A stretch of 64,000 nucleotides of DNA from Octopus vulgaris (Eukaryota): NCBI GenBank assembly GCA_951406725.2, contig OX597841.1:13392001-13456000 (forward strand), in the 5' to 3' direction. Under the pieces are notes generated by a model, which saw only the letters and a program-made list of their open reading frames with translations, searched no databases and was not told the origin of the DNA. Position 1 is the stretch's first letter; every line of letters begins with the position of its first letter. Shown here piece after piece: positions 63,061-64,000 of the stretch. Both the position numbers and the translations under genes were made by a program.

Positions 63061-63263
63061 CAGTGCTTTTCAAACTTTTTGCTGAAGCGGAACCCCAAAG
63101 AAACGTTCCACTGGCTCGAGGAACCCCTGTGCAATAATTTAATTGTCTTATGCACACATATCTGCACAGGAGAATTAAAAATTACTGTCGATTTTAGCAT
63201 TTTTGTAACTTCTTGCGGAATCCCTGGACTGTACTGGCGGAACCCTAAGGTTGAAAACCACTG
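63061..63263. mobile_element. Complete 203-bp hAT/Charlie-type MITE with a perfect 8-bp target-site duplication
   Basis: TIRs cagtgcttttcaa / ttgaaaaccactg; TSD gtgtaagt at 63053-63060 and 63264-63271. Confidence 0.93.
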
Positions 63264-63417
63264 GTGTAAGTGGTTGGAAACATAACTATAAACACATGGC
63301 TGTATTTGTACCAAGATTTGGAGTGCACTCCTGGGGGTGTAAAGCACTTGTGGTGGTGCCCATGTAAAAGCACCTGTGCAGGGCCACATGATAGCACCTG
63401 TGCAATGTCGTATAATA

Positions 63418-63800
63418 GTTATTTCTTTATTGCCCACAAGGGGCTAAACACAGAGGGGACAAACAAGGACAGACAAAGGGATTAAGTCGATTATATCGGT
63501 CCCAAAGCATAACTGGTGCTTAATTTATTGACTCTGAAAGGATGAAAGGCAAAGTCAACCTCGGAGGAATTTGAACTCAGAACGTAACGGCAGACGAAAT
63601 ACTAAGCATTTTGCCCAGTGTGCTAATGTTTCTGCCAGCTCGCCGCCCTAGTGTCATGTAATAGTACCATATGAAAGTGCCTGTGCGGTGCCACCTAAAA
63701 GTGCCCCGGGGCACTCTGTAAAGTGGTTGGCTTCAGGAAGGGGCATCCAGCTGTAAAAACCCTGCCAAATCAGAACAGAGCCTGATGCAGCTCTCCAGTG
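63418..63800. mobile_element. Family B SINE (-, 63418-63647) and family C fragment (+, 63650-63800)
   Basis: Motif matches. Confidence 0.8.
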
Positions 63801-64000
63801 AAGGACATGTTCTATTTCTATTCCAGCTCGAAATGTGAAGGACATGTTCTATTTCTATTCCTGAGCGCCATACTAATACATTTGTTTATTTGTACTCCAC
63901 CTGCCTTCGTCTTTTGTTTATTTTCGTAAACCTTCCCGTTATATATATATGTGAAATGAACTTATTGCATATGGTGCTTGGGTGTACTATTGAACTTCAG

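Overview
Repeat-saturated, AT-rich eukaryotic DNA, most likely from an octopus or other coleoid cephalopod. That assignment is inferred from the SINE families and microsatellite load, recalled from memory rather than searched. The only host coding sequence I can recognise is two + strand exons of a talin gene: 18139-18236 (98 nt, C-terminal half of F0) and 31243-31372 (130 nt, F0-F1 junction and first half of F1). They join in frame across a 13-kb phase-0 intron. I could not find the start-codon exon or the next exon (expected GITNHEEYSL-like), so the flanking introns appear to be >18 kb and >32 kb. The rest is intron, filled with at least five SINE-like families, decayed LINE pieces (RTE, CR1/L2, Dong/R4-like), hAT/Charlie-type MITEs, Penelope-type LTR remnants with hammerhead-ribozyme motifs, mini/microsatellites and a cryptic 23-bp-period array. 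Nearly all ORFs in the supplied track are microsatellite or SINE artefacts. Best leads: (1) five talin codons each one A-to-G change from the residue I recall as shared by human TLN1 and fly talin, i.e. candidate restorative A-to-I recoding next to inverted SINEs; (2) a CpG-rich intronic segment that reads either as an in-frame Cys/polybasic alternative first exon replacing F0 or as a signal-peptide sORF; (3) a textbook recursive-splicing motif, a symmetric polyQ cassette-exon candidate and a possible internal promoter in the long intron; (4) several hammerhead remnants. Repeat boundaries were read by eye and are approximate.
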